DNA of 63,128 nucleotides, filler included, from Dicyema japonicum (taxonomy: Eukaryota > Animalia > Dicyemida): assembly GCA_011109175.1 (NCBI GenBank). It is 11 parts of 11 records of this genome, joined end to end, with 100 filler letters (N's around TTAATTAATTAA, not from the genome) between each part and the next. Parts side by side here need not be neighbours in the genome. Positions count along the whole stretch, not along the records: positions 1 to 25,135 come from RDEW01000030.1; 10 more parts are not named here. The stretch is one strand, 5' to 3'. The notes below the pieces were generated by a model, which saw only the letters and a list, made by a program, of their open reading frames with translations, did no database searches and was not told the origin of the DNA. The position numbers were made by a program, and so were the translations under genes. Of the stretch, positions 1 through 12,076 are shown one piece after another; position 1 is the first letter of the stretch, and every line of letters begins with the position of its first letter.

Positions 1-34
1 AAAAAAAATTTTTTTTTAACAATTAAACAAATGT

Positions 35-297
35 CAGTTGAGGAAGCCTGCTGCGTGGATTGCGAATGAATTCCTTCGGAGTATAGCCATTTCAATTTTT
101 TGTCTTATCCATATCCCTTCTCGTTGATCCCTTTTCTTTCTGGCAAGCAATTCTCCGAGTTCTCGCAAGAACTCAGCCGTCATTGGACCAACGGCTCCTG
201 ATGCTTCGGTCGCAACAAAAGTAAATCGGTAGCGATCCCCGAGGCAATAATATTCCTTGATTTTTAGGTTTTCCGCAGTCGAAGCAGCTGCTTCATT
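35..297 (-). mobile_element. CRE-clade non-LTR retrotransposon, 3' fragment (RLE C-terminus) with A-rich tail
   Basis: Reverse complement closely matches 17320-17580 (AASTAENLKIK.Y..L.DRYRFT.VATE.SGAVGP); an A-run follows the short 3'UTR. Confidence 0.8.
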
Positions 298-388
298 TAA
301 CTAAATTTAATTTAATATCTAAAAATTTTAGTATTTTATATAATGGACAACCAAACAAAATAAAATAAATAATTGAACTATTAGAGTA

Positions 389-934
389 ATGTTTTATTTA
401 TTCCTTCTTGTGAATGTTATAATATGTGATATTTATTATAACAAAACATTTGAGAGGTATTATGAACATTTCAATTGACAGAGATGATCTTCAATTTTAT
501 CTTAAAAAAATATACGATGAACATTCGCTGACGGAAATGTCATATAATCAATTCAAACAGTATGTAGAAGATGAACTACCATATGAGTTTTTTGAAAGCG
601 CGGATAAAAACAAGAATTTTGTGCTCGATGTAAATGAAGCGGTAGATGCCATCAATCCCTCTCAGTCAACCATTGATTCAATGACTATTGTAATATTGTA
701 TTTATTTGAGATTCATTTATTCGAACTACATGATGTCAACAAAGATTCACTGCTTGACATGAAAGAAGCTGAGGGTATGCGGTTTCCACAATTTTAGATA
801 TTAAAATCATTAATTTTTCTGAATTGGACACAAATAATGACGGATTCATCGATAAAGAAGAATTTAGTAAGCAACAAAAATCCTTCCGCCACCATCGGTC
901 AATTAGTATAAACAAAAATAATTTTGAGTTATAA
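389..934 (+). CDS. Secreted/ER multi-EF-hand protein (CREC-like), paralog 1
   Basis: ATG 389 with hydrophobic leader MFYLFLLVNVIIC; introns 457-481 (25 nt), 690-710 (21 nt), 775-797 (23 nt); loops DKNKNFVLDVNE, DVNKDSLLDMKE, DTNNDGFIDKEE; ends NFEL-TAA 934. Confidence 0.75.
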
Positions 935-1204
935 AATTAATAGTTTAATACAAAAAATCAATTTATTTAAAAGAAACAGTCAATGGTCATATAGTAGCCA
1001 TTCTGACTGAGTGGCTTTTTTCAGAATATCGAGCGAGATTCGCTCAAATAGCCAGCAGAGTAGAATTCAAGTAAAAAATGTTTCATTAATTAATTTGAAT
1101 TTTTAATTTGTGGTTTTTTGGTTAAAAAAATAGTGCAGATTTTTAATGTAAAATATCAAAATTTATAATTTATTCGTATAATATATTAAAATAGCCAGTT
1201 AACC

Positions 1205-1310
1205 GCCACCTGTGTGGATAGTCTCTCTCCCTCCATCTAACCCGGGCTCTGCTTCAGAAAAGGCTAAAACCTTAAAGTTGAAGAAATACGCATATCTTGG
1301 TGCCAGTTAA
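1205..1310 (+). mobile_element. Small decayed CRE RLE fragment
   Basis: Encodes ATCVDS and ASEKAKTLKLKKY-like pieces matching the other CRE copies. Confidence 0.5.
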
Positions 1311-1479
1311 TTTTGAACCAGTCGCAATGGAAACGTCAGAAATCATTGGAAAAAGTCACAAGTCCTTCTAAACAAATTCGGATTGCTCATCGCAAAGAAA
1401 AAAATTATAGAAGAAAAATGAGCTTGTTCATTGAGCGAATTCCCTTGCAAATCGTCACGGGAATACAGAAACTTCAACC

Positions 1480-2090
1480 AATTAGCCACGAAACCTTAGA
1501 GTTGTCGCATCTAGGGGCGTGAATGTCGAACATGCTAAAGAAACTCTACAAGGAATACTAAATAACATAAATGGATGGTTGTGCGAAAATCGATTAAATG
1601 CATGTTCCGGAAAGTCACCAGTCACTCTATTCACTAAGAATAAAAAAATGGGAACGCAAACAATTGATGTCACGTTAAATGGAGTAGTTATACCACAAAA
1701 GAAATTGCAAAAGATACTGGGAGTAACTATTGATATTCTCGTCTGCTTCTCTGCCAAGTGAAATCTATCATATTAACCTGTGTAAAGAAATCAATTTTTT
1801 AAAAGTTTTCTTTTGGAACTGTGGAAAAATTATCCGCCAGGTGTCGAGACCCTCTACAAGCAGTATATCGAGCCAACAATAGGCTGTGCATGTGCTGCGT
1901 GGGGATCTAACCTGGCGGCAACGAACGTATAAAAATTCAAGAGATTCAGTCAAAAGCAATCAATTTACTGGAAAAATATACGGATAGAGAAATTGTCCCC
2001 AGAACACTTGAGTCTATCATAGCAGCAACTGGAGGCAATTTCAGAAGAGGAGCAATAAAAGACCCCCATCCGTATAAAAAATGTTAGAAA
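1480..2090 (+). mobile_element. Decayed LINE RT C-terminal region (I/Jockey/L2-like)
   Basis: ETLQGILNNINGWLCENRL...KILGVTID; homologous to the element at 36442-38900; stops and frameshifts. Confidence 0.65.
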
Positions 2091-2529
2091 GATCACCAAA
2101 ATATTAGTTAGTAGTTTAGACAGCGTTTCTTTGGCTTAAATAATAATATCTTTTTCAGAGATTTATTATGCCTTTTTAGATCACTGAAAGTTTAATTTTT
2201 ATTGTATCGATTTTTGATAAATTTAAAAGTAACAATTAAAGACATTGTCAGTTTTTCCATCAATGTATCGTTACAGAATGGAATAGTTTTTAGTTATTCG
2301 GCAGGTTCCATTTGATGAATATGCTTAATAGACATTTATAAAAGTATAACACTCTCGACAATGTTGGTTATATAAAATAAAATAAAGAAAAATCAGTCTC
2401 AACTCTCAAGAGTTTTTCTTATCTCGACAGTCTGAATATATGCCCTTAGAATACATCCACTTGGAGTTTAGAAAAGCCTTTTCTCTATCAATAGATCAAT
2501 CTGCATTCATTATTAATTGTTGTCTTTTT

Positions 2530-2800
2530 ATTTGGTTTGAACATTCATGGAAGCAGGCCACACTACCTGTAAGACTCGGAAGGCTCGGAATTAGTAACAT
2601 TTCTCTCTTTGCATATCTTTCGTCGCTAATGACATGTAACATCCTTGTCAATAGGATTCTACATTCCCTCCTTGAATTCTCTACTGACTAGGACGGCAAT
2701 CATGGTCGTCATGCCTGGAGCCATACATATCAGTTTTTCCAACCTTCTATATTCTCTAGGTAGACTCTGAAAGTCTTTTGAAGATCTGCTAGTTACAGCT
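2530..2800 (+). mobile_element. Decayed CRE fragment
   Basis: WKQATLPVRLGRLGI, the post-RT motif of CRE elements. Confidence 0.55.
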
Positions 2801-3019
2801 AACCAACATCTCCGTGCATGTTTGTTGTCGGGGGCGTCTTCCGAGAGCGTGAAATCTGAAGCATCATTTTATGTCGATGCTTCTTATCTGGAGTTACTTC
2901 TACGTCTTAGTCACCGAGGATGTATTTTAGTAAGTTGTATTATTCGTTATCTTACACAATTTTTAGAGAAGATCATTCAAAAAAAATTTGTTAGTGTAGA
3001 TACTTTTTAATTGTTTATA

Positions 3020-3320
3020 ACTCAGGGATCACTGAGAAAAAAAGACAGAAAATCGACAAACAGTTAGGTGATTCCAGTTTTCGTAATCAGCCAGACATCC
3101 AACTTTTTAGTTTTTCATTATTCTTACTCCCGTACGAAAAAGTCTTCTTCATTCCTGCAGTGGAATCAATTGGAGAAGAGAACTTATGAACCAATCGTTT
3201 TTTTTCCTTGAAAATGGACAGGCGAAGCAGGTTTCCATCTTCCTTCCAGACGCAGAGAAATCCGAATCCGCGAATGCATGCAGTAGTTTCCTTGTGTATT
3301 TGGCTTATATTTGAATTTTT
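3020..3320 (-). repeat. Interspersed repeat, probable LINE 3' end; second copy at about 22070-22330
   Basis: Both copies encode GF.F/H.VC.EDG..LRLSI.K.K on the minus strand and share the gggatcac...gacagaaaa...aaaca.ttaggtgat flank. Confidence 0.55.
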
Positions 3321-4696
3321 CAAATTAGAAAGGAATAGTCACAAAATTTACTAAAAATCAAATATATCCTTGTTAAAAAAACTTTAGTGAGTATTTAATA
3401 GACATTTGTAGACAAATGCAAGTGAATTTCACTGGAATAACTAACAAATCCAATATTATCTCTGTTAATGGGTCTGACTTTTTCTTACAGAATATTTTTT
3501 CTCTTAGGAGATTTAAGATCGGCATCACGACTTCTTTCAAAATGGTGTCCTTGAAGATCCACTTATTTTTTTAACCAATTCGAAGCCGCTATTTTTATCC
3601 CACAACATGAAGACGACATCTTAATAACTCATGCAGATATCCTGGCCTCTGTAAGCTATTCTATTTTTCAACTAAAACGAATAACTGCAAAGTAAATGAG
3701 AATATCTTCTTGTCTCCTAGAGACTAAACTAAACTAAGATTTGGACTAACTAGAGTGACCATAAGGGATAATTTTACTTGAACCAATAATGTAACGCTAT
3801 GGAAATGGTTTTTCGGTCCATAAGTGAAATTTTAACTCGATTCATAAGTGCTGGAGTGTCATTATTTGATAGCATTATTGCAATAAATGTCGGGGAAAAC
3901 GTTTTTGAAAATTATTGTCGTATATCTTCACGTCCGAGTGATAAGTCAAACTTATCACTAAATTACCGTGAGACGAAATTTTTAATTTTGTCTAAAAAAT
4001 TGATTGGTGTAGCAAGGAATAAAAATGATAGACCTGACATCAGTCTCCCCTTTCGGAGGAAAAACGAAATTATTTATTTTGTCCAAAAACATGTTTGACA
4101 TAGCATCAGACAAATTGAGAAACCTTGCCACAGGTTACATGATATCCAAATCACTAAACGGACTTCTCGTTTTTATAATAGGACAATTTTACACAGAATA
4201 TTACTTATTTATTTGAGAGACATGATAAATAAAGTTAACCTTAAAATTTATTTTAATTGAAATTAATTATACAAATTTTCAATAAAAAAGTATTTTAATT
4301 TCTAGAATTTTAACTTTGGCTGAGAAAGTAAGTAATGGATCTCTGTTAGTGGCCTGTCTTAGCGGCCCATTTTTTTTACGATTGCCAGTTTCCTACATGT
4401 TAATAAAACTGGGGTTTTTAATTTTAGCGTCATTTGATTCATCTTTCTCAGACAGCATGGAAAAGGATAATTTGCCCTCTTTCAATTTATTGGAGATGTT
4501 ACCACAACGGTGATTCTGTATTGACTGTACTTCGAAAAAACTTGTTTTCGTTATTACGACTGTAGGAACTGTATACACTTATTCATTTATTGTTAACTTG
4601 ATTCCCGGGATATTCAAGGTAACTAAAATAAAAAAATTGAAAAAAATTAGATGGTAAACCAATAATCGAAATAAATTGTTAAATGGCTTTATAACA

Positions 4697-5476
4697 ATGA
4701 TTCATTTTTCATTATTATTTTTGTGGTTTTCTAGTGGGGAACAAAATTTTATTAATAAATCGTTTTTATATAATTTATTCGTAGGTCCAATTTCGAGACT
4801 GTAGATGAAAATAATGACGGAAAGATAGATTACAAAGAATTCGTAATTTTTATCAAAAATGACAGAGAAAGAGAAGCACAGAAATCCGCATACAATCTAT
4901 TTAAAAATTATGACGTGGAAAACGTGTCTTATTCTCTATTCAAAAAATATTTCAAAGCTGACGTTCCTCAAAGTCTATTTGAAAGTGCAGACATAAACGA
5001 TGATAATGTTCTTGATATGAGTGAAACGGCCTTACTATTAAATCCCAACTTTGGATTGAATCAATCTGAAATTATTGTATTTTTGACAATAAGTTTAGAA
5101 TGAATTTTTCACTTTCTTTGATCGTAACAGGGACGATATGTTGAATTCTACAGAATTAGAAGGTCATGGTGTATCTAATGATAGAATTGAAAGATCTCAA
5201 TGTAACAGATTTTGACACTGATTTGGATGGTCAATTGAACGAAAATGAGATCCTTAAATATATCGAGATTAACCTTTACTCTGATGATCAAACTAAAGAA
5301 GAATTTGAAATGGTTGATTACGATGATGTAATATGGGATTTAATATTTAGGATAATTATATTTCAACTGAAGAATTTGAGAATTTTTTCGAATCATACTT
5401 GAAAGCTAATGAAGATGGAATGAACGACGAGGAAGCATATTTTGAAAATAATAAAAGTTATTATGAAGAATTATAA
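4697..5476 (+). CDS. Secreted/ER multi-EF-hand protein (calumenin/reticulocalbin CREC-like), paralog 2
   Basis: Signal-like MIHFSLLFLWFSSG; introns 4762-4784, 5077-5098, 5163-5184, 5328-5350 (22-23 nt) give one open frame; EF loops DENNDGKIDYKE, DINDDNVLDMSE, DRNRDDMLNSTE, DTDLDGQLNENE, DYDDDNYISTEE; C-terminal YEEL. Confidence 0.85.
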
Positions 5477-5619
5477 CATCAATAATAAACATTAATACTT
5501 TATAATATTAACGTAAGAATTACTTAATTAAAAAAAGTCAGAGGTTATTCAGGAAGTAACACTATAACAATGATTTTGTTTAGATTCTCCCTTTTGGCCA
5601 GTTGGTCAAGGAATTCTCT

Positions 5620-5830
5620 CATTTTCCTATGTTTCACATCTCCCCTTGTTCTAATAGAGCAGCATTATATGATCCAACTGTCTCATGTGACCCATACTGC
5701 CAAGATAGTACAAAAAGGATCATCTCCTTTTCATTATGCCATTATAGGAATTTTAGAACTACAAGGACTGGCTATTTTCTCCCCCATCCGCTGGTTCCGG
5801 ACAAACTTGAAGGTATTTCATTCTGCGACC
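5620..5830 (+). repeat. Repeat family B, diverged copy
   Basis: TGATCC...aaaaaGGATCA core shared with 17044, 23897 and 13867. Confidence 0.65.
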
Positions 5831-7736
5831 ATATTAGCAACACACATCCTATACTTGTAACTTCTGACTTTTTATCCTCCAAGTTCATCAAATTTGGGTT
5901 GGACGTTGTTCAAATCTAGATCCTAAGTGTATCGATGTTTTTTTGTTTAGAATTTCTAAGTTCCAGTATATCCTAAATTCGCCTCTTCCTAGTTCACGTA
6001 AAAAAGGAAGACTAGGAATTTTATTCACTATAAAGCTAAGTAGACATTCTGCGTAATAAAACAATTTCTAGATCGATTAACCACTGGTCTGAATGTGCTC
6101 ATAAAATGATTTTTATATTCTCGATTAAAAGTGATGGTGGAAGCTTTTATAAATTAAGAACACAATTTTATTAGAGGAATAAAAAGTCTAAGTTGATTAA
6201 CATTGAGTACTGGTCTGAATGTGCTCATAAAATGATTTTTATATTCTCGATTAAAAGTGATGGTGGAAGCTTTTATAAATCAAGAACACAATTTTATTAG
6301 GGGAATAAAAAGTCTAAGTTGATTAACATTGAGTAAATTTGTGAATAAAATTTGTCCATAGTAGTAAGATTCTGTATGTGTGAGATGATTAGATAATTGT
6401 TATGTAACTAATCTACTCTACATTTGACACTGTAAGTATTTACCTGGCATAAGATTATTTTTTGGAAATATCGTTCAAACATATGACATTAAATAATAGA
6501 ACAGCTAAATACTCTGATACTCTCATATCCTTTTATCATCAGAATCTTATTACTATGGTTCCCTATTCACAAGAGTTATTGCAATTCAATCTATTAGTAT
6601 TATCGTGTGAATGATAGGTTTGATATTCTTGTATGTGAGACAATTTGGGACTTAATAAAGTTAATAATGACAAAATAAAATAAACAGCGGTCACATTTAC
6701 TGCGTGACTATTCCCTCTTAGAATGGCGAGTGAGATTCGCTCAAATAACCAGCAACGCTCACGAGAATTTACTGTAAGTGCAACTTAATTATTATATTTG
6801 ATATTTGTTCATATGATAATGTTAATTTTTCTATAGTTAGACAAACTAGCCATAGTCTGACTAATTAAGCGGATTTTAATCCAGATTGTTGTTAATCCTT
6901 CTTCCTCTTCTTGAAAAAGAGTGTGCCATTAACTCCTCGTTACTCCCCATCTCCCCATCAGAGTCAATCGAAATATCTCCGTTAGAGTCCAGTGGGCTGT
7001 TTTCACTGAATGCCAGTTTTACGAGTTGGGAGGTAGCAGAGGCGTACTCTTAGAAAATATTTAGTAATTCTAAATTATTTCCAATCAATTTCGCATATGC
7101 TGTTTCCTAGGTTTTTTGAATTTTAAATTAAACACTTTTTGACTAAATTCAATGTCAAATACCTTTCTCTTCATACTTTCAGAATTTAATAGCCTTAAAA
7201 TTTCGAATTCGTGTTTATACTTAACGGGCATTCTTTACGATGTCTTCTCGTGGTTAATAACTTGGATATGAGCAAATACATTGCATTGTATTTGGAACAT
7301 TTTTTTCTTTTTTAAATAATGAAATACTAAGCCTTCCTGGTTAGAATAATCGAAAAATTTTTACTTTGGTTTTGTGAATTATTTATCGTTCATTAAATCG
7401 TACTAATAAAAGAATTTTATTTCATTAGACTTGAAATTGTTCCAAAACTGACCAACACTTCGATCTGTTAGATTTTATTCATTTTTTGTTAAATAAAAAT
7501 GTAGGATTTTAGCGTCAATATTAGATACAATTTTTTAAGTGTAATACTTTAATTCTTTGACTTCTTAATGTCAAATCTCCTTCATATATATCTGAAATTT
7601 CATTACGTTTTTGGGTATAATCAATTTTTTAGTTGATAAACCGTTCTGAGGTAAATTTTTAGGTTTTCAAACGATCTACGAATGAACTTCTGCTTTCTTA
7701 TAGGTAGAGTGTTCAAAATCCAACAATCCACTATAA

Positions 7737-7870
7737 CATTGTTTCTCAACCTTTTTTCTGGGACCCCTAAATTTAATTTATCAAATAATTTAAAATCAGA
7801 AAACCATATTTAGAGTAAATCATATTAAAAACTGCCATCCATCCAAAGTTAAAAAAAATTGGGGGTCACC
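7737..7870 (+). mobile_element. hAT-like MITE/terminus
   Basis: ca(t)tgtttctcaaccttttt resembles the terminus at 25561 (caggggttctcaaccttttt). Confidence 0.35.
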
Positions 7871-8142
7871 TAATTATTAATATTAAATTTATTTCCTACT
7901 ACACTAAATGTTATTTTTAACATAATTTGGAATGTCATTATATTCTATAAATTGTGAATCTTTTCTAAAGGCATCGATAGCTATCTATTTATCTAAAGGC
8001 ATCGATATTTTGTCCCTCACCTTTATCGGCATGTTCTTATACTACTATTATTTTTAAAGTACAAAATCAATGTGACTTTTGATTTTGCTAGAAGTTAACT
8101 CTCCAATTTGAAATGATTGAAAGTATATAGTCCGTAATTCAT

Positions 8143-8440
8143 ATGGGCAGTGTAATGATTACCGGGCAAAAGGCCTGATGGTTGTTGTATATTTCAGTTG
8201 AAGGTTCCACACATCTGCGATGCTTTGGCTTGACGAGTGACTCTTTCATCAGTGAACATTTCACAGCAGTTCCGAATTGTCCATAAAGGACATACATCTA
8301 ACAAAAAGAAAAAAGAAGTGAAGATCATTCCTTGGTTCTCCCAATTAGTTATAATAACTGATCTATACTTAAATAAAATCTGTGTTCTGTCTGAGCGAAG
8401 CTATAGTTAATATGGTTTTGCGTAAAAGTGCAGTTTTTTT
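8143..8440 (+). mobile_element. SINE-like repeat family A, copy 1 (diverged)
   Basis: gaaggttccac.catct...gacg...tcatcagtg...attgtc core plus A-rich linker and gtgaagatcattc, shared with 16262-16582. Confidence 0.7.
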
Positions 8441-9001
8441 AATCCAAGTGGGAAGCACACAGTTAATCAGCATTTCCTTTAAAAAACCTTGGCCCATTGA
8501 ATTGAATGCTTATTTAACATCAGTCCAGGCGCTGAAAAAAAATTATTATGCACTTCGTTAACCCGTCGGTTAACTTAAAATTTATGGTACGTTCTCTAGT
8601 CCCTTAGCAATTGTCTTTTAGAAATATCAATTGCTTCAGAATACGCCAAATGCATGACCGGAATCAAAAACTATTTCTTTCTTCCCTACTCCATTGGAAG
8701 AGTTTCCACAATGGAGGATATAAATGAACTTGATGCTTGGAGAGGATGTGTCTCACTCTAAAAGTGAGTACTGGATATAACTTTATTAGACATAAATTGA
8801 CTCTTAATCTCCTTCCAGTATATCTGGGGTTATGAAATGAATAATCCCATTTTTCCTAATCGCCTTAAAAAATAGTAACAAGTCTCTTCTTTCTAAAATA
8901 AAATCTTGTGAGTCTAATGATGTGCGTGATAAAGTGAATTCTAATTTTAATTTTCTTAATAATTATTAGATTTATTAGTTAAGGTTAGATTTTAGATATC
9001 C

Positions 9002-9889
9002 TTAACGTTGATTGAGCATCCTGTAAACGTTATCAATGTCAAATATTTTAACTTTGCAGACAAATGGTTGGATATTAACAGATACAAGTGGAAAATGTTC
9101 CCACCTCCCACAATTATTCATAGAAATACATTCACAATCTAACTTCTCTTCAATATCTCTGTTTGACCAATTTTGAAACGTCTAATTTGAGTTAACATCT
9201 AACCTGATTTACCGGAGGTTTTTTAATCCAAATGCTATTTTTGTTGACTTCGACAAAATTTTCTGATTTAATTTAAACACAAATAAACCATAAACGAAAT
9301 TATTCTCATAAGCATTGATCGGAGAAACTAAAGTCCCATTCACTTCCTTGCAAAGTTCTTCTGCAATTTTACAAGTTTTATGTTTCCTGTAGTATATATA
9401 GCAATCTTGCGAAGTACAGCTGACATCAACGACTATAATATCTACCACTCATATACTGCGAGCGACGCACAAAAACTTTCTGTTGTTATTGCAGCAAGTA
9501 GTTTGCCAATGTCCGCATTCGTTCATTTCCACACAATTCTTGCATGATTTAGTTTCGTAGGGTTCATGATTTGCCCAGTTTGTGTATCTATGCGGTTCTT
9601 TTTCGGTATCTTCAAATATCCAAAAATTATCGTTTAAGTATTTTGAAATGTATAAATATAGAATTAATCGATTTACTATAAATATATTCGTTTGTCCTAG
9701 AAGTGCGAATGTCTGTTAATTTCAGAGAGAATGATTCGCATAGTTGTTTAGCGTCGTAATAATCAAGTTGATCTCCCGTGTAGAGGTAATAATTGCTAAA
9801 CTTGGGGGACTTGATAAAATAACTCGAACCTAACATTTCAAGGTGGACTTACTTTGATAAATAAAAAGAGCGATGAATATAACCGGCAT
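9002..9889 (-). CDS. Secreted protein with two C-type lectin domains, paralog 1
   Basis: Leader MPVIFIALFIYQ then a 23-nt intron; YYDAKQLC, YTNWANHEP...CVEMNECGHWQTTCC...FLC, second domain CKIAEELCKEVNGTLVS...CGRWEH...PFVCK; 3' end uncertain. Confidence 0.8.
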
Positions 9890-10574
9890 TTCAAAGATTG
9901 TTAATTCTAGGAGTTAAATTGATACATGGAACCACATGTTTTAAAAGTGCAGTTATATTAATGATTTGGGTTTATTATAGCACTTAATGACTTTTCCTCC
10001 TACACATATGGTTTATAAATATTTTAGAATTTTAGTCTTATTAGATAAGCCCCCACAATTAGAATGAATAAATTTTTATTATCAGAAATTAAGTAAGGTT
10101 ATATATGAGGGAGAGTTGAAATTACATTGGTCTATCCTAAAGGGCCTTGAACTGGACTAAGTGGTCTATAATCAAATAGTTTCAATAAGCTTGACATATC
10201 AAAACAGATACAGTATTCCATACGGAAGGTCATTATTCTCTCTTCCACAGTCAAGCTCACTGGTCTCACTGGTCTTAATTTAACTTCGTGTTGGACCTCA
10301 TCTGGAGAGACCAGTCAGCCAAATGGTTAATTAGTCGAGACGATGAAGTTTTGACTTGTACAAAGTGTCTATTTAGCTTCATGATAAATGAAAACCTACA
10401 GTTAGAATAAAAATTATTTCAGCTGAAATAAAAAAATTTGAGAGTAATAATAGTTCATACACGATGCTCCTTTTAAAAGTAAAGCACGTTGAATATGGAG
10501 TCTTATTGATTGTTTAACTTTATCAATTCAATATATTAGATTTTAGTTCACTTGTTTATTAAGAGTCTTAAACA

Positions 10575-10804
10575 GGTGAATAAGTGTGATATGTTCCTGA
10601 CCAAAATCAGAGGTCCCAGGTTCGAATCTCGCCGCTGTCCATTCGGTTGAAAGTCCTACGCATTTGTGATTCTTTGAGTTGACGAGTGGCGCCGTCATCA
10701 GTGTTTTAACACTGCGGAACTAGATTGTCTTCTGGAAGTCATACGCAAACAATAAAAAAAGAACGAGAAGTCAAGAACTCTTTATGTCGGAAATTATTAT
10801 TATT
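10575..10804 (+). mobile_element. SINE-like repeat family A, copy 2
   Basis: B box GGTTCGAATC at 10619-10628, conserved core, (TTA)n tail. Confidence 0.75.
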
Positions 10805-11464
10805 AAAAAGCACTTTCACAAAACCAAAGGACGTTATATTAACTAAGTTCCCGTTTATGCCACACATGTCTTAGATATGTCTTGGATTAATTAACATTGT
10901 TGTTCTTACTTCTTAATTAAAATGTGAGCTTTGCCTAAGGTAGGTTTAAATAATAGAAACATTACCTACACCTTGCCGGGCGTGCTATGTTTTTTTAAAC
11001 AGGTAAAATCTAAATTTCTACTAAAGCTAAAATGTCTATATATCGCAGTTAGTTATTTTTATTTTCATTTTCAAGGAAATAGTTCTTATCCAAGTTCGTC
11101 AAAATTTTGACTTTTTTGATTTTATAACTTGATTTATATAACATTTTTGATTAAAAAGTCATATTTTTATAAGTTTTAAACAATTTTAAAAAACATGAAT
11201 TTTTGAATTTATTGACAAAAATCGCCCTACGCTAACAAATCAGATTCCCAAAATTGCTCGTATTTTTATACTACACAAGCGATCCAAACATTATATTGGA
11301 TATCATGCGATTCCCTTACTGTGTTGGTACTTGGGAAAACTTGGACATTTCATAGATGATTTCTATTTTTTTCAAAATTGTAAGGAATCAATTTTCATTA
11401 GCGAAATTTAACGAGATTAGTAATTATTAGTGATATTAGAAAAAATTATCCTTAGTATTAGTAA

Positions 11465-12075
11465 TTATATATGGACGTGTGGGTTCTTAGTGGTTGTGGT
11501 ACTAGTAGTAGTCGTAGTAGTTGTGGGAGTTGCAGTTGTGGTTTCAGCATTTTTATTATTCGAACACAAGCAGTAGTCACTTTGATCAACTATAGGAACT
11601 TTGCAGACAAATGGATAAGTGGCAGAGGATACAAGATCAGTTGAGAGATGCTCCCACTTCCCACAAAAACTCATTAAAGTACAATCTCCCCTCAAATTAT
11701 CGGCAACATCTCTATTAGACCAATATTGGAAGCTCTAAAATATAAATACACATAAACTTGATCGTGTGAAGGATGTTCTAGCCACATTTCAGTTTTAAAC
11801 AGATTAACAAAGTTATCTAATAAACTAAACCAGGGAACCATAAACAATCGAATTTTCATTCATATCTACTGGAGGGACTAGTGTGCCATTAATTCGATTA
11901 CAACGGTCCTCAGCCTCTTTACATGTAACTCTGTTAGGGTGGTAAAGATAGCAGTATGTAGATGTACAGAAGACATTTGTGGCTTTTTGTTATATTTTTT
12001 TTTACCTTCAACTTCACACATAAACCGTCTGTTATAATTGCAACAGGTTGTCTGCCACTTTCCGCATTCATCCAT
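11465..12075 (-). CDS. C-type lectin domain protein, paralog 2 (5' end missing at N junction), Thr-rich C-terminus
   Basis: MDECGKWQTTCCNYNRRFMC...CTLMSFCGKWEH...PFVCK...TTTATPTTTTTTTSTTTTK; colinear with paralog 1. Confidence 0.8.
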
Positions 12076-12076
12076 N

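Noticed and set aside
1030-1060. GAGCGAGATTCGCTC hairpin repeated near 6725-6750, a possible Helitron 3' end
   Set aside because: Only two short copies, no CTRR terminus and no 5' end identified
3780-4620. Possible minus-strand multi-exon gene
   Set aside because: Could not build a consistent model or recognise a domain
6435-6460. U1 snRNA-like 5' end (ATTTACCTGGCA)
   Set aside because: Similarity stops after about 12 nt; no U1 stem-loops or Sm site follow
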